Origin: an uncultured bacterium
GTDB lineage: Bacteria > Patescibacteriota > Minisyncoccia > Phycocordibacterales > PALSA-1337
DNA: 64,000 nt
Direction of reading: 5' to 3'
Assembly: GCA_903839725.1 (NCBI GenBank)
Contig: CAIMDG010000002.1
Location: 135,739-199,738 of the forward strand
Shown here: positions 19,023-27,410 of the stretch, piece after piece
How positions within the stretch are numbered: the first letter of the stretch is position 1
How the letters are laid out: each line of letters opens with the position of its first letter
Notes under the pieces: model-generated
Databases searched by the model: none
Seen by the model: only the letters and a program-made list of their open reading frames with translations
Told to the model about the DNA's origin: nothing
Program-made: the position numbers and the translations under genes

Positions 19023-19628
19023 CTACTCCAAACCGAGCTTTTTCACAATGTCGGCATGAATGTCTTCAATCGAACGTTCACCATCAATATCCAAGAAATT
19101 CACATTCGGGTTCGTACGATAATATTCTATACTTGGCACAATATCAGCTTCGTAGGCCTTGCGTCTAACCTCAACCTGATCTTTACCATCATCTGGACGA
19201 CCACTTGAACGTGCTCGAATAGAAAGACGACTACTTGCCTCCTCATGCTCCACGTCGAGATATATGACCCAAGGTTTCTCGAGACCATAAAATGGAAAGA
19301 GTGATTCGAGCATCTGTGCCTCCATAAGTTTTCGTGGTGTTCCATCAAAAACGAGATATTCTGAACCAGTATATTTCTGAGCAATCAATCTGCCCCATAA
19401 ATAGACACACATAAATTCTGGCATAAGACGACCACTATCGATAGTTTTCTTGGTTAACGCTGCGGTATATGATGATTCTTGTGTGTACGAACGGAATTCT
19501 TGACCGGTCTGAATATACAGAGATGTTCTCGTTGTATCAATCTTCTTCAAAGCCTCTATGAGCAATGTTGATTGTGTACCCTTGCCTGACCCGTAACGGC
19601 CCATGAATATAAATGATTGAGGTTTCAT
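19023..19628 (-). CDS. adk: Adenylate kinase
   Basis: P-loop GRYGSGKGTQS. The likely start is MKPQSFIFMG at 19628. Confidence 0.88.
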   Translation of the reverse strand: MKPQSFIFMGRYGSGKGTQSTLLIEALKKIDTTRTSLYIQTGQEFRSYTQESSYTAALTKKTIDSGRLMPEFMCVYLWGRLIAQKYTGSEYLVFDGTPRKLMEAQMLESLFPFYGLEKPWVIYLDVEHEEASSRLSIRARSSGRPDDGKDQVEVRRKAYEADIVPSIEYYRTNPNVNFLDIDGERSIEDIHADIVKKLGLE

Positions 19629-19760
19629 GGGACTAGTGTACCCTGTCAGCGTAAAAAAACCAAATAATTTCAAAATTCTATCTCAATAACCTTTTCAAGA
19701 CATAATTTGAACAAAACAAAACCCCATCGCTCGCGAGCGATGGGGTGAATCAAACTGAAA

Positions 19761-20360
19761 CTACGCGACAACAGGTGTCTTGGGGCGGCAAGCCAGAGGT
19801 TCATAGGAAAACCGATTCGCTTGGCACATATCAAACCTGAGGGCAATTTCATGCATCTCAACAAATGAGTTCTGATGTTTGGAGCCACCGGAACCATGAA
19901 TTTGCCGAGCTTCTTCAAGCGCACATTCCACATACACCCACAAGACGCTGGTGTAAGGAAAGTTCGCAAGATCTTTGATCTTGAAGAGTGTCCGGAAACG
20001 ATGCCAATCATGTTCGAAGCATAAAACTTCCGGCGAAGGTCTTTTCCTAAAATGGAAGGTGAACAATGTAATCACGAACCACACGAAGGATGCACAGTCC
20101 ATAATTGCGACACCCCATAAAGAATAGAGCACCATCGGGCGATGATCAGAAAATATGTGACTGATGTGATACACAACCAAACTGACAAAAAATGCACAGA
20201 AAAGCATATTGACCGCTGCAAGCATTCGACTTCGGAGAAGTTCTTCTTGCTCCGCAATATGTGCACCGGAGACATAGTCTACGGTCACTTTATTGTGACT
20301 GGCCCATATTTTGAAAATATCTTCCAAACCCTTGATAGGTGTCATGTCTGAACGTTTCAT
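19761..20360 (-). CDS. Hypothetical membrane protein inserted between secY and adk
   Basis: 199 aa with 3-4 hydrophobic helices and no recognised domain. A perfect palindrome GGGATATCATATCCC lies 31 nt upstream. Confidence 0.5.
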   Translation of the reverse strand: MKRSDMTPIKGLEDIFKIWASHNKVTVDYVSGAHIAEQEELLRSRMLAAVNMLFCAFFVSLVVYHISHIFSDHRPMVLYSLWGVAIMDCASFVWFVITLFTFHFRKRPSPEVLCFEHDWHRFRTLFKIKDLANFPYTSVLWVYVECALEEARQIHGSGGSKHQNSFVEMHEIALRFDMCQANRFSYEPLACRPKTPVVA

Positions 20361-20390
20361 AGGTTTTCAAGGTTCAATCATTATATTCAA

Positions 20391-20405
20391 GGGATATCAT
20401 ATCCC
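20391..20405. promoter_or_regulatory. Perfect palindrome GGGATAT-C-ATATCCC overlapping the promoter region of the 19761..20360 gene; candidate operator
   Basis: Exact 15 bp palindrome. On the minus strand a TATAAT hexamer follows 8 nt downstream. The half-site GGGATATC recurs in the cores of the palindrome-element family. Confidence 0.5.
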
Positions 20406-20518
20406 ATTTCACCAAGCGAAAGCTCAGTAAAATCCATAGAACACAACGACTGAATCTACCCAGAAAACTACACCTTACCTACTCGCAAGTCAAAGGATAA
20501 AAATCCTCTTCCAGCAAA

Positions 20519-20548
20519 CAAAAAGAGCGCCTTCGCGCCCTTCTTGTT
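20519..20548 (-). terminator. Intrinsic terminator downstream of secY
   Basis: On the minus strand: aagggcgc gaag gcgctctttttg (stem with one G-U, then a T-run). Confidence 0.55.
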
Positions 20549-20579
20549 TCACTATTCCTGCATACGCAGACATGAAATC

Positions 20580-21851
20580 TTAATATTCACGCATCGAAAC
20601 CTGAGCATCAACCTTCTTCAAGAGATCAAGAACAACTGAGACAACGATGAGGAGTGCGGTACCACCGATAGCGAGAGACTTGTTCGAAGTGAATGCCTGC
20701 ATCGCAAGTGGCAACACTGCAATAATACCGAGGAACAATGCACCAAAGAGTGTGATACGAGTAACAATGTTTCCGAGATAATCGCGTGTATGATCACCTG
20801 GACGAACACCGGGAATGAATGCGCCTGAACGTTGGAGGTTCTCAGAAATTTGTTTTGGATCAAACGTAACTGCTGTGTAGAAATAGGTGAACAATACAAC
20901 GAGTATGAAGTATGATGCACCATACACTATTGGGTTATTGAAGAATACTGTAAATGATGTCGCGTAACTCGCAATGACAGCATTTGATACATGACTCAAT
21001 GAATTTGAGATGATCTGAGGGAACAAAAGGATAGAAAGCGCAAAGATGATGGGAATAACTCCTGCTTGATTCAAACGCAATGGAAGATACGTAGAAGCAC
21101 CTCCGTATACCTTGTTACCTCTCACCTGCTTGGCATATGTCACTGGAACTGAACGTTCAGCTTCAGTAATGAAGACGACGCCAGCGATAACAACGAGACC
21201 TACAACCACTGCGGCAATATACATAGGCATATTTGCCGCATCATATCCTGCAATAAATTGCATGAAATCATTTGGAAGACGAGAAACGATACCTGCGAAG
21301 ATAATCAAAGAAACACCGTTTCCGATACCAAATTCTGAGATAAGTTCACCGATCCACATGAGCAAGATAGAACCTGCAGAAACAACGATAACGTTGACGG
21401 TAAGACTAAATGGATTGAGATGTGGTAACACATTTTGTGACTGCAAGAGAAGGATAAAACCGATTGCCTGAAGGACTGCGAGAGGAGCACCCAAAAGACG
21501 TGAGTAGTTTGAAAGCTTATTGCGTCCTGCCTCACCTTCATCTTGTAACAATGCCTTCCACTTTGGGAAGATCATAGTAAGAAGTTGAATAACGATAGAG
21601 CCTGTAATAAATGGACCGACTCCCAACATAACGATAGAGAGATTTGAGACACCTCCACCAGAGAATATATTCAAAAAACCAAAAAACTGACTTGAATCAA
21701 GAAGCTTTGCGAGACTGGCAACATCCACACCAGGAATAGGAATAGTCGCTAACAAACGGAACAATACCAAAGCGCCGATAGTAAAAGCGATACGCTTGCG
21801 CAATACTTTATCCCTGAAAGCTACATTGAGTTTTTCTAAAAATGTTTTCAT
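20580..21851 (-). CDS. secY: Preprotein translocase SecY
   Basis: 423 aa, 10 TM, with typical SecY motifs (GGTALLIVVSV...). Located after rplO. Confidence 0.92.
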   Translation of the reverse strand: MKTFLEKLNVAFRDKVLRKRIAFTIGALVLFRLLATIPIPGVDVASLAKLLDSSQFFGFLNIFSGGGVSNLSIVMLGVGPFITGSIVIQLLTMIFPKWKALLQDEGEAGRNKLSNYSRLLGAPLAVLQAIGFILLLQSQNVLPHLNPFSLTVNVIVVSAGSILLMWIGELISEFGIGNGVSLIIFAGIVSRLPNDFMQFIAGYDAANMPMYIAAVVVGLVVIAGVVFITEAERSVPVTYAKQVRGNKVYGGASTYLPLRLNQAGVIPIIFALSILLFPQIISNSLSHVSNAVIASYATSFTVFFNNPIVYGASYFILVVLFTYFYTAVTFDPKQISENLQRSGAFIPGVRPGDHTRDYLGNIVTRITLFGALFLGIIAVLPLAMQAFTSNKSLAIGGTALLIVVSVVLDLLKKVDAQVSMREY

Positions 21852-21933
21852 ATCAGTTGTTTGTATATAGTATCTTATGTCTCAGACAATATCTAATGGT
21901 AAGACAAAGACTGCGTAGAGCAGTCGTTGTTCT

Positions 21934-22590
21934 TTACTTAGCTTTTACTTCCTTCTTTGCAGGAGCAACTTTCTCTTTTTTCTCTACCTTTTCAACTTTT
22001 TCAGCTTTTGGAGCTGCAGGCTTTGCTCCTGCCTGCGCAGACAGGGCCTTAGGTTTCTTTTCTGCCTTAGCAGGAGCTTCTGCTGGCATAACTTTTGCTT
22101 GAGCAACACGTGCTGCAGTTACTTTGTTTGAGGCTGTTTGAGAAGCAGTAATCTCTACTGTTCCGCCAGCTTTCTTGATCTTTTCAAGAGCTGATTCTGA
22201 GATAGCAAGACCTGAAATTTTGAAAGCTTTTGTAACTTCACCTTCTCCGAGAATCTTCATCCAAGGAACACGTCCTGAAGATGTTGAGACAATACCCTTT
22301 TCAAGAAGGATTGCTGGAGTGATAGCGTCACCTGCTGAGAATACTGCTTCGAGGACATCGACATTCACAACAACTGGCTTCTCAGCGAATGCCTTGTTTT
22401 GATTGACGCCACGACCGCGCAACTTTGGAAGTTTCTTGATGATATCGCGCCATTCTGGACGACGCTTGTTTCCGGCACGAGCAGACTGACCCTTGCCTCC
22501 ACGACCTGCAGTCTTACCGCGCTTACCACCACGAGCGACGATAACGCGCTTCATGTTAGGTGTCTTACGTTGTAGTTGATTGGTTTGCAT
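21934..22590 (-). CDS. rplO: 50S ribosomal protein L15 with a roughly 70 aa Lys/Ala-rich C-terminal extension
   Basis: L15 core (GRGGKGQSARAG...) plus the tail PAEAPAKAEKKPKALSAQAGAKPAAPKAEKVEKVEKKEKVAPAKKEVKAK. Confidence 0.9.
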   Translation of the reverse strand: MQTNQLQRKTPNMKRVIVARGGKRGKTAGRGGKGQSARAGNKRRPEWRDIIKKLPKLRGRGVNQNKAFAEKPVVVNVDVLEAVFSAGDAITPAILLEKGIVSTSSGRVPWMKILGEGEVTKAFKISGLAISESALEKIKKAGGTVEITASQTASNKVTAARVAQAKVMPAEAPAKAEKKPKALSAQAGAKPAAPKAEKVEKVEKKEKVAPAKKEVKAK

Positions 22591-22640
22591 GGAATTAAAT
22601 TAGTTAAAAGTTTACAGTGAAAAATGAAAAGTTATTTTAC
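22591..22640 (-). promoter_or_regulatory. Conserved intercistronic leader motif copy A (between rpsE stop and rplO start)
   Basis: ggaattaaattagttaaaagtttacagtgaaaaatgaaaagttattttac is 34/35 identical over its core to 27363-27410 and related to 54009-54046. Confidence 0.7.
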
Positions 22641-23345
22641 ACTTCTCTCTTTGTGAACATTGAGAGTGGCACGATTGACCTTACTCAATTTCTGGAGAGC
22701 GACGATAGCGGCACGAGCGTTATTCAAGCGATTCTTACTTCCCGAAAGAAACTTCGCACAGACATCCTTGATACCTGCAAGTTCGATAACAGCACGAGCT
22801 GATGATCCTGCAACAACTCCACGTCCACGAGCTGGAAAAATCATGATGCGAGCACTTGCATACTTTGCTTCAACAGCATGAGGAATAGTCATTTGAGCTG
22901 ACAATGGAACCTTGATGAGGTTTTTCTTTGCAGCACGAGTAGCTTTGTCGACTGCAGAAGCAGTATCGATACTCTTGCCCAAACCAACACCAACGCGACC
23001 CTTGCGATCACCTGCAACAACTGCGACACTGAAGTTCATACGGCGACCACCAGTTGTCACACGAGTAACACGGCGGATATCGATAATCTTTGAATCAAAT
23101 TCTGGCTTAACACGTTCACGATTGCCTCCCTCGCGACTTCCACCACGACTGCCGCCGCGAGCACCAGTAGGACCACTGTGACTACCACGACGAGCTGGAT
23201 CACCACGCATCTTGCGACCTGGAGTAATCTTTGAGTCAGATGTAGGCATTCCTGCTGCAGCTGTAGGATCAATGATTGTTTCAGTAACAACTCCTGTTGC
23301 TGGAATAGTTGTCTCTGTATGTATTTTTGTATCTTTTGCTGTCAT
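22632..23345 (-). CDS. rpsE: 30S ribosomal protein S5 with a roughly 75 aa Arg/Gly-rich N-terminal extension
   Basis: GRRMNFSVAVVAGDRKGRVGVGLGKS S5 core, preceded by ...RGDPARRGSHSGPTGARGGSRGGSREGGNRE. Confidence 0.9.
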   Translation of the reverse strand: MTAKDTKIHTETTIPATGVVTETIIDPTAAAGMPTSDSKITPGRKMRGDPARRGSHSGPTGARGGSRGGSREGGNRERVKPEFDSKIIDIRRVTRVTTGGRRMNFSVAVVAGDRKGRVGVGLGKSIDTASAVDKATRAAKKNLIKVPLSAQMTIPHAVEAKYASARIMIFPARGRGVVAGSSARAVIELAGIKDVCAKFLSGSKNRLNNARAAIVALQKLSKVNRATLNVHKERSVK

Positions 23346-23359
23346 ATATGTATTGAAAA

Positions 23360-23710
23360 TTAGAATTCAAGTCCTCCTTCACGAGCAGAATCAGCGACCA
23401 TCTTGATCTTGCCTGTATACAAGAAACCTCCGCGATCAAAGACAACCTTGGTAATCTTTGCTGCCTTGGCCTTCTTTGCAATCTCCATACCTACCAACTG
23501 TGCAGATTCAACAGGAGTCTTGCCTTTTGTTGAACGTGAATCAGTCGCAACAAGAGTGTGACCCTTTGTATCATCGATGATCTGAGCGTAGATATATTTG
23601 TGAGACTTGAAAACAGCCAAACGAGGACGTTCTGGTGTACCTTGAATCTTCGCGCGAATACGGATTCTGCGTCGTGCGAATACTGCTTGTTTTTTCTGGA
23701 GTGTGTTCAT
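23360..23710 (-). CDS. rplR: 50S ribosomal protein L18
   Basis: [29 protein letters not shown] is the L18 signature. Confidence 0.9.
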   Translation of the reverse strand: MNTLQKKQAVFARRRIRIRAKIQGTPERPRLAVFKSHKYIYAQIIDDTKGHTLVATDSRSTKGKTPVESAQLVGMEIAKKAKAAKITKVVFDRGGFLYTGKIKMVADSAREGGLEF

Positions 23711-23732
23711 AGTAGTAGATTTGAATCAAGAA

Positions 23733-24266
23733 TTATGCAGCTTTCTTACCTTGCTTGCGTCTGATGACCTCATCTGAATAACGAATACCCTTTCCAAGAT
23801 ATGGTTCAGGTTTCTTCAAAGCACGAACGACTGCGGCAAACTGACCAACCTTTTCGCAATCAATACCAGAAACAATAACCATGTTCTTTTCGGTAGTAAC
23901 TTTGAGGTCTGTAGGAATAGGAACATTGACAGGGTGTGAAAAACCAAGAGCCAACGCAAGAGTAGTACCCTTTACATCGGCCTTGAATCCGATACCTTCA
24001 ACGATAAGTCTCTTTTCGTATGGTTTGTGAACACCAGCGAGCATATTTTTGATATGAGACGCGTATGTTCCCCAGAGAGCCGTAGTCTGAAGTGATGAAC
24101 CGTTTGGAGTGAGAGTGATCTCATTATTTGCAATCTCAACATTGATAGTTGGGCGAACAATTTTACTCAAAGAACCGAGAGGACCTTTTATAGTGATAAC
24201 ACCAGCAGCAAATGTTGCTTCTGTCTTTGCGGGTATAGCGATAGGTTTTTTAGCAATTCTTGACAT
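23733..24266 (-). CDS. rplF: 50S ribosomal protein L6
   Basis: MSRIAKKPIAIPAKTEATFAAGVITIKGPLG is L6. The start is taken at the internal ATG (24266). Confidence 0.88.
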   Translation of the reverse strand: MSRIAKKPIAIPAKTEATFAAGVITIKGPLGSLSKIVRPTINVEIANNEITLTPNGSSLQTTALWGTYASHIKNMLAGVHKPYEKRLIVEGIGFKADVKGTTLALALGFSHPVNVPIPTDLKVTTEKNMVIVSGIDCEKVGQFAAVVRALKKPEPYLGKGIRYSDEVIRRKQGKKAA

Positions 24267-24276
24267 ATAGTTATTA

Positions 24277-24675
24277 TTACCAAATTTTGAAGAGAATTTC
24301 ACCGCCGACCTTGTTTTTCTTTGCTTCTCCGTCAGTCATGATGCCTTTTGGAGTAGAAAAGAATGTATTGCCGAATCCACTGCGGTACATACGAATATCA
24401 GCCGACTTCTGATACACGCGACGTGATGATTTTGAAATGCGCTCAACTCCGTGAATGCGAGCATTGCCTTCGAGATCGTACACAAGACCCAATGTAATAG
24501 TCTTTGTGAATGATCCAACTTTCTTTTTGTCTACAGAAATGAGATATCCTGCCTTCTTGAGAGCGTGAGCAATATTCTCGGTAAGCTTCGAGTAGGTAGC
24601 ATCAACTGACGCTTTCTTGGCGTCACTTCCGTTTTTCAAGCGGATGATGAGATCTGAAATAGAATCGGTAACCAT
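24277..24675 (-). CDS. rpsH: 30S ribosomal protein S8
   Basis: MVTDSISDLIIRLKNG... is S8. The start is at 24675 (the ORF-track extension is discounted). Confidence 0.9.
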   Translation of the reverse strand: MVTDSISDLIIRLKNGSDAKKASVDATYSKLTENIAHALKKAGYLISVDKKKVGSFTKTITLGLVYDLEGNARIHGVERISKSSRRVYQKSADIRMYRSGFGNTFFSTPKGIMTDGEAKKNKVGGEILFKIW

Positions 24676-24703
24676 AATAGTGTATATAAAAATTAAACAG
24701 AAA

Positions 24704-24889
24704 TTACCATGAAGACTTCTTGATACCTGGAATTGCGCCTTCATTGGCGAATTCACGGAAACAAATACGACAGAGATCAAAATCTCTCATATAAGAACGC
24801 TTGCGACCGCAACGGAAACAACGACGAACTACACGCGACTTAAACTTCGGTGTCTTTTGTGATCTTACTATTACTGATGTTTTCGCCAT
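24704..24889 (-). CDS. rpsN: 30S ribosomal protein S14 (zinc-binding type Z, 61 aa)
   Basis: [46 protein letters not shown] with the CxxC...CxxC pattern. Confidence 0.88.
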   Translation of the reverse strand: MAKTSVIVRSQKTPKFKSRVVRRCFRCGRKRSYMRDFDLCRICFREFANEGAIPGIKKSSW

Positions 24890-25037
24890 AATGATTATTT
24901 GTCCAAAGAAATGAGGATTGGTTAGCTATGCCCTTTCGGGTTGTGCTTCCAATCGCTTGTTCTAAGATAACCTTGTTTTATTAAGGTATTCAAGATACTA
25001 GCAGATACATTGAATAGAGTCAACTAATTTTTATTCA

Positions 25038-25160
25038 GGAACAAGAGAGGTGGTGTGTACTCACTTTCTGCAGAATTTTGGAAACGCTTGTGACGAACTA
25101 ATATGCCACAGTGTCTCTAAAATTCTGCAGAAAGTGAGTACACACCACCTCTCTTGTTCC
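25038..25160. repeat. Long-palindrome element (short-core type): 42 bp perfect arms and a 39 nt loop, between rplE and rpsN
   Basis: Arms ggaacaagagaggtggtgtgtactcactttctgcagaatttt and the exact reverse complement at 25119-25160. The loop ggaaacgcttgtgacgaactaatatgccacagtgtctct is related to the 5' part of the family core and to the 54262 copy (shared ...agtgtctct end). Confidence 0.85.
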
Positions 25161-25182
25161 GATAACTATTATGCACGTATAC

Positions 25183-25209
25183 AAAAAATCACCCTCTCGG
25201 GTGATTTTT
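25183..25209 (-). terminator. Intrinsic terminator immediately after rplE, inside the spc r-protein cluster
   Basis: On the minus strand: aaaaatcaccc gaga gggtgatttttt, a 7 bp stem flanked by A and T runs. Confidence 0.65.
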
Positions 25210-25216
25210 CTTTGTA

Positions 25217-25771
25217 TTATTTCTTAGCTTCTTCTCTCTTCAAAGGCATTCCAAGATATTCGAGGAAAGCGAGAGTATTCTTTTTATCATTTGAAGTTGT
25301 AACGATAGTGATAGCGAAACCAAACACATCCTTCAAATCTTCATCAGCTGTTTCAGGGAAAATAGTGTGTTCCTTGATGCCCATTGTGTAGTTACCCATA
25401 GCATCAACTGAAGTTCGTGAGAGACCACGGAAGTCCTTTGTGCGAGGAAGTGCAACATTGATGAGGCGATCCAAGAATTCACACATACGCTTGCCACGGA
25501 GAGTGATCTGGTATCCAACAGCATCACCTTGGCGTGTCTTGAATGTAGCGATGGCCTTCTTTGTTACACGTGTTGCAGGCTTCTGACCGGTGATCTTTGC
25601 GAGACGATCTGCAATGAGTTCAATCTTCTTTTTATCGCGAACTGAACCAAAGCCGTTTGAAACAACAACCTTGAGCAAACGAGGAGTCTGCATAGCATTC
25701 TTCAAGCCCAAAGGAGCCTTGAGAGTAGCGTAAGAATTCTTATTGAGTTCGTATACTGTTGTGTGTTTCAT
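25217..25771 (-). CDS. rplE: 50S ribosomal protein L5
   Basis: MKHTTVYELNKNSYATLKAPLGLKNAMQTPRLLKVVVSNG is L5. Confidence 0.92.
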   Translation of the reverse strand: MKHTTVYELNKNSYATLKAPLGLKNAMQTPRLLKVVVSNGFGSVRDKKKIELIADRLAKITGQKPATRVTKKAIATFKTRQGDAVGYQITLRGKRMCEFLDRLINVALPRTKDFRGLSRTSVDAMGNYTMGIKEHTIFPETADEDLKDVFGFAITIVTTSNDKKNTLAFLEYLGMPLKREEAKK

Positions 25772-25816
25772 ATGTTTGTTTTATTCGTTGCATTCGAATT
25801 ATTCGTAGATTCGTAG

Positions 25817-26035
25817 CTATTCTGCCTTCTTTACTTTGGAAGCATACATAGGCATTGCAACTTCGACTGTCTGACCCTTCTGGCCTTCCTTACGAGGTTT
25901 CTGGTGCTTCTTGACGGTATTCATGCCTTCGATGATAACTTTGCCAGTTGCAGGAAAAGCACTGACAATTTTTCCTTTTTTGCCTTTCTCATCACCTGAG
26001 AGTATTACGACTGTGTCTCCTTTCTTTACATGCAT
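25817..26035 (-). CDS. rplX: 50S ribosomal protein L24 (short, 72 aa)
   Basis: MHVKKGDTVVILSGDEKGKKGKIVSAF is the L24 KOW domain. Confidence 0.85.
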   Translation of the reverse strand: MHVKKGDTVVILSGDEKGKKGKIVSAFPATGKVIIEGMNTVKKHQKPRKEGQKGQTVEVAMPMYASKVKKAE

Positions 26036-26056
26036 GGTAGTAGTATTAATTAAAAA

Positions 26057-26428
26057 TTATACAATCTCGGGAGCTCGTGAAGCAATCGTCTTGAATCCAG
26101 CTTCGCCGACTTCGCGTGGGATTGGGCCGAAAATACGTCCTGCAATAGGTTCCTTCTTGTCCTTTTCGATAATAACAACTGCGTTTTCATCAAAACGAAT
26201 ATATGAACCATCCTTGCGGCGTGAAGCTTTTGTCTGGCGAACTACGACTGCATGAAGAACGTCTTTCTTCTTGATAGTCTTACGAGGTTCAGCCTTTTGT
26301 ACTGAAAGAACCACAACTTCACCAAGTTCTGCATAACGCTTCTTTGAAGAACCGAGAACTTTGAAGATACGTCCGATCTTTGCACCGGAATTATCTGCGA
26401 TATTAACAATTGAACGTGGTTGAATCAT
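26057..26428 (-). CDS. rplN: 50S ribosomal protein L14
   Basis: MIQPRSIVNIADNSGAKIGRIFKVLGSS is L14. Confidence 0.93.
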   Translation of the reverse strand: MIQPRSIVNIADNSGAKIGRIFKVLGSSKKRYAELGEVVVLSVQKAEPRKTIKKKDVLHAVVVRQTKASRRKDGSYIRFDENAVVIIEKDKKEPIAGRIFGPIPREVGEAGFKTIASRAPEIV

Positions 26429-26440
26429 GGTAGTGGGAAA

Positions 26441-26701
26441 TTATGCAATGACTTTAAAAGCCTTGTTCTTTGAAATTGGGCGGCATGCCTCAATAGTTGC
26501 CTTGTCCCCTATCTTCTTTGTATTACCAACGTCGTGGGCCATAAGCTTGGTACGCTTGACCTGATACTTCTGATACTTCGCGTGCTTGACGAAACGCTCG
26601 ATCACAACGACTGTTGTGTCTTTCATCTTGTCAGAAACAACAACACCACTGAATGTCTGGCGCTTTACTTCTTTTTTTGGTTGTGTCTTTGTTGTGGTCA
26701 T
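26441..26701 (-). CDS. rpsQ: 30S ribosomal protein S17
   Basis: RQTFSGVVVSDKMKDTTVVVIERFVKHAKYQKY is S17. Confidence 0.9.
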   Translation of the reverse strand: MTTTKTQPKKEVKRQTFSGVVVSDKMKDTTVVVIERFVKHAKYQKYQVKRTKLMAHDVGNTKKIGDKATIEACRPISKNKAFKVIA

Positions 26702-26740
26702 GAGTTTCGAGTTTACTTGAAGTTGAGTACTTTGTCTAGG

Positions 26741-26932
26741 TTAGGCGTTTTTCTTTTGAGTAAGGACGGTCATTATCTGAGCGATCTCTTTTCTGATAGC
26801 ACGACCTTCTTTGACGTTCTTGGTCTTTGCTCCAGCTGTTCCGAAACGGAATGTGCGAAGTGTTTCTCGCTTTGTTGCGATGAGCTGATTCAAATCAGCA
26901 ACTGTTTTATTTGTAATATCTTTTGTCTTCAT
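26741..26932 (-). CDS. rpmC: 50S ribosomal protein L29
   Basis: 63 aa, ...ADLNQLIATKRETLRTFRFGTA... is L29-like. Confidence 0.85.
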   Translation of the reverse strand: MKTKDITNKTVADLNQLIATKRETLRTFRFGTAGAKTKNVKEGRAIRKEIAQIMTVLTQKKNA

Positions 26933-26936
26933 AAAA

Positions 26937-27362
26937 TTATACGCGACTTACGATTTTGGTTTTAACAGGAAGCTTTGTACCAGCCTTGCGGAGAGCTTCT
27001 GCGGCAACTGCATTGTCGACACCGTCGATCTCGAACATGATACGACCTGGCTTGACCTCAGCAACGAAACCGATTGGTTCACCTTTACCCTTTCCCATTT
27101 TCACTTCGGCAGGCTTCTGTGTGAAAGGCATGTCTGGGAAAATACGGATCCAAACTTTACCAGATTTTGTAGCATAACGAGCCATAACCTTACGAGCTGC
27201 CTCGATTTGGTTTGACGTGATACGTCCGTACTTCATCGCCTTGAGGCCGTATGAGCCAAAAGCGAGAGTGACGCCACGAGTTTCGGTCTTAAGCGCCTCC
27301 TTGACTGGATGCTTACGCTTAACGAAATGCTTGCGATGCTTTACTTTCTTAGGGAATAACAT
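26937..27362 (-). CDS. rplP: 50S ribosomal protein L16
   Basis: [19 protein letters not shown]...[19 protein letters not shown] is L16. Confidence 0.93.
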   Translation of the reverse strand: MLFPKKVKHRKHFVKRKHPVKEALKTETRGVTLAFGSYGLKAMKYGRITSNQIEAARKVMARYATKSGKVWIRIFPDMPFTQKPAEVKMGKGKGEPIGFVAEVKPGRIMFEIDGVDNAVAAEALRKAGTKLPVKTKIVSRV

Positions 27363-27410
27363 GGTAGTAAGGTTAGTTTAAAGTTTACAGTGAAAAATGA
27401 AAAGTTATTT
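27363..27410 (-). promoter_or_regulatory. Conserved intercistronic leader motif copy B (between rpsC stop and rplP start)
   Basis: ggtagtaaggttagtttaaagtttacagtgaaaaatgaaaagttatttagc. The upstream gene's TAA stop lies inside the motif, as in copy A. Confidence 0.7.

Noticed and set aside
22912-23710. Numerous antisense or out-of-frame ORFs inside r-protein genes (for example 22912..23181, 23057..23290, 23558..23764)
   Set aside because: They overlap well-supported ribosomal protein genes on the other strand or frame and have low-complexity translations. Typical GC-skewed shadow ORFs.
24890-25037. Stem-loops upstream of rpsN (gattgg...ccaatc with inner ccc-tttc-ggg) as an S8-type autoregulatory site
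   Set aside because: This is plausible by position (spc leader), but I could not match the S8-binding consensus by eye. Too speculative to call.
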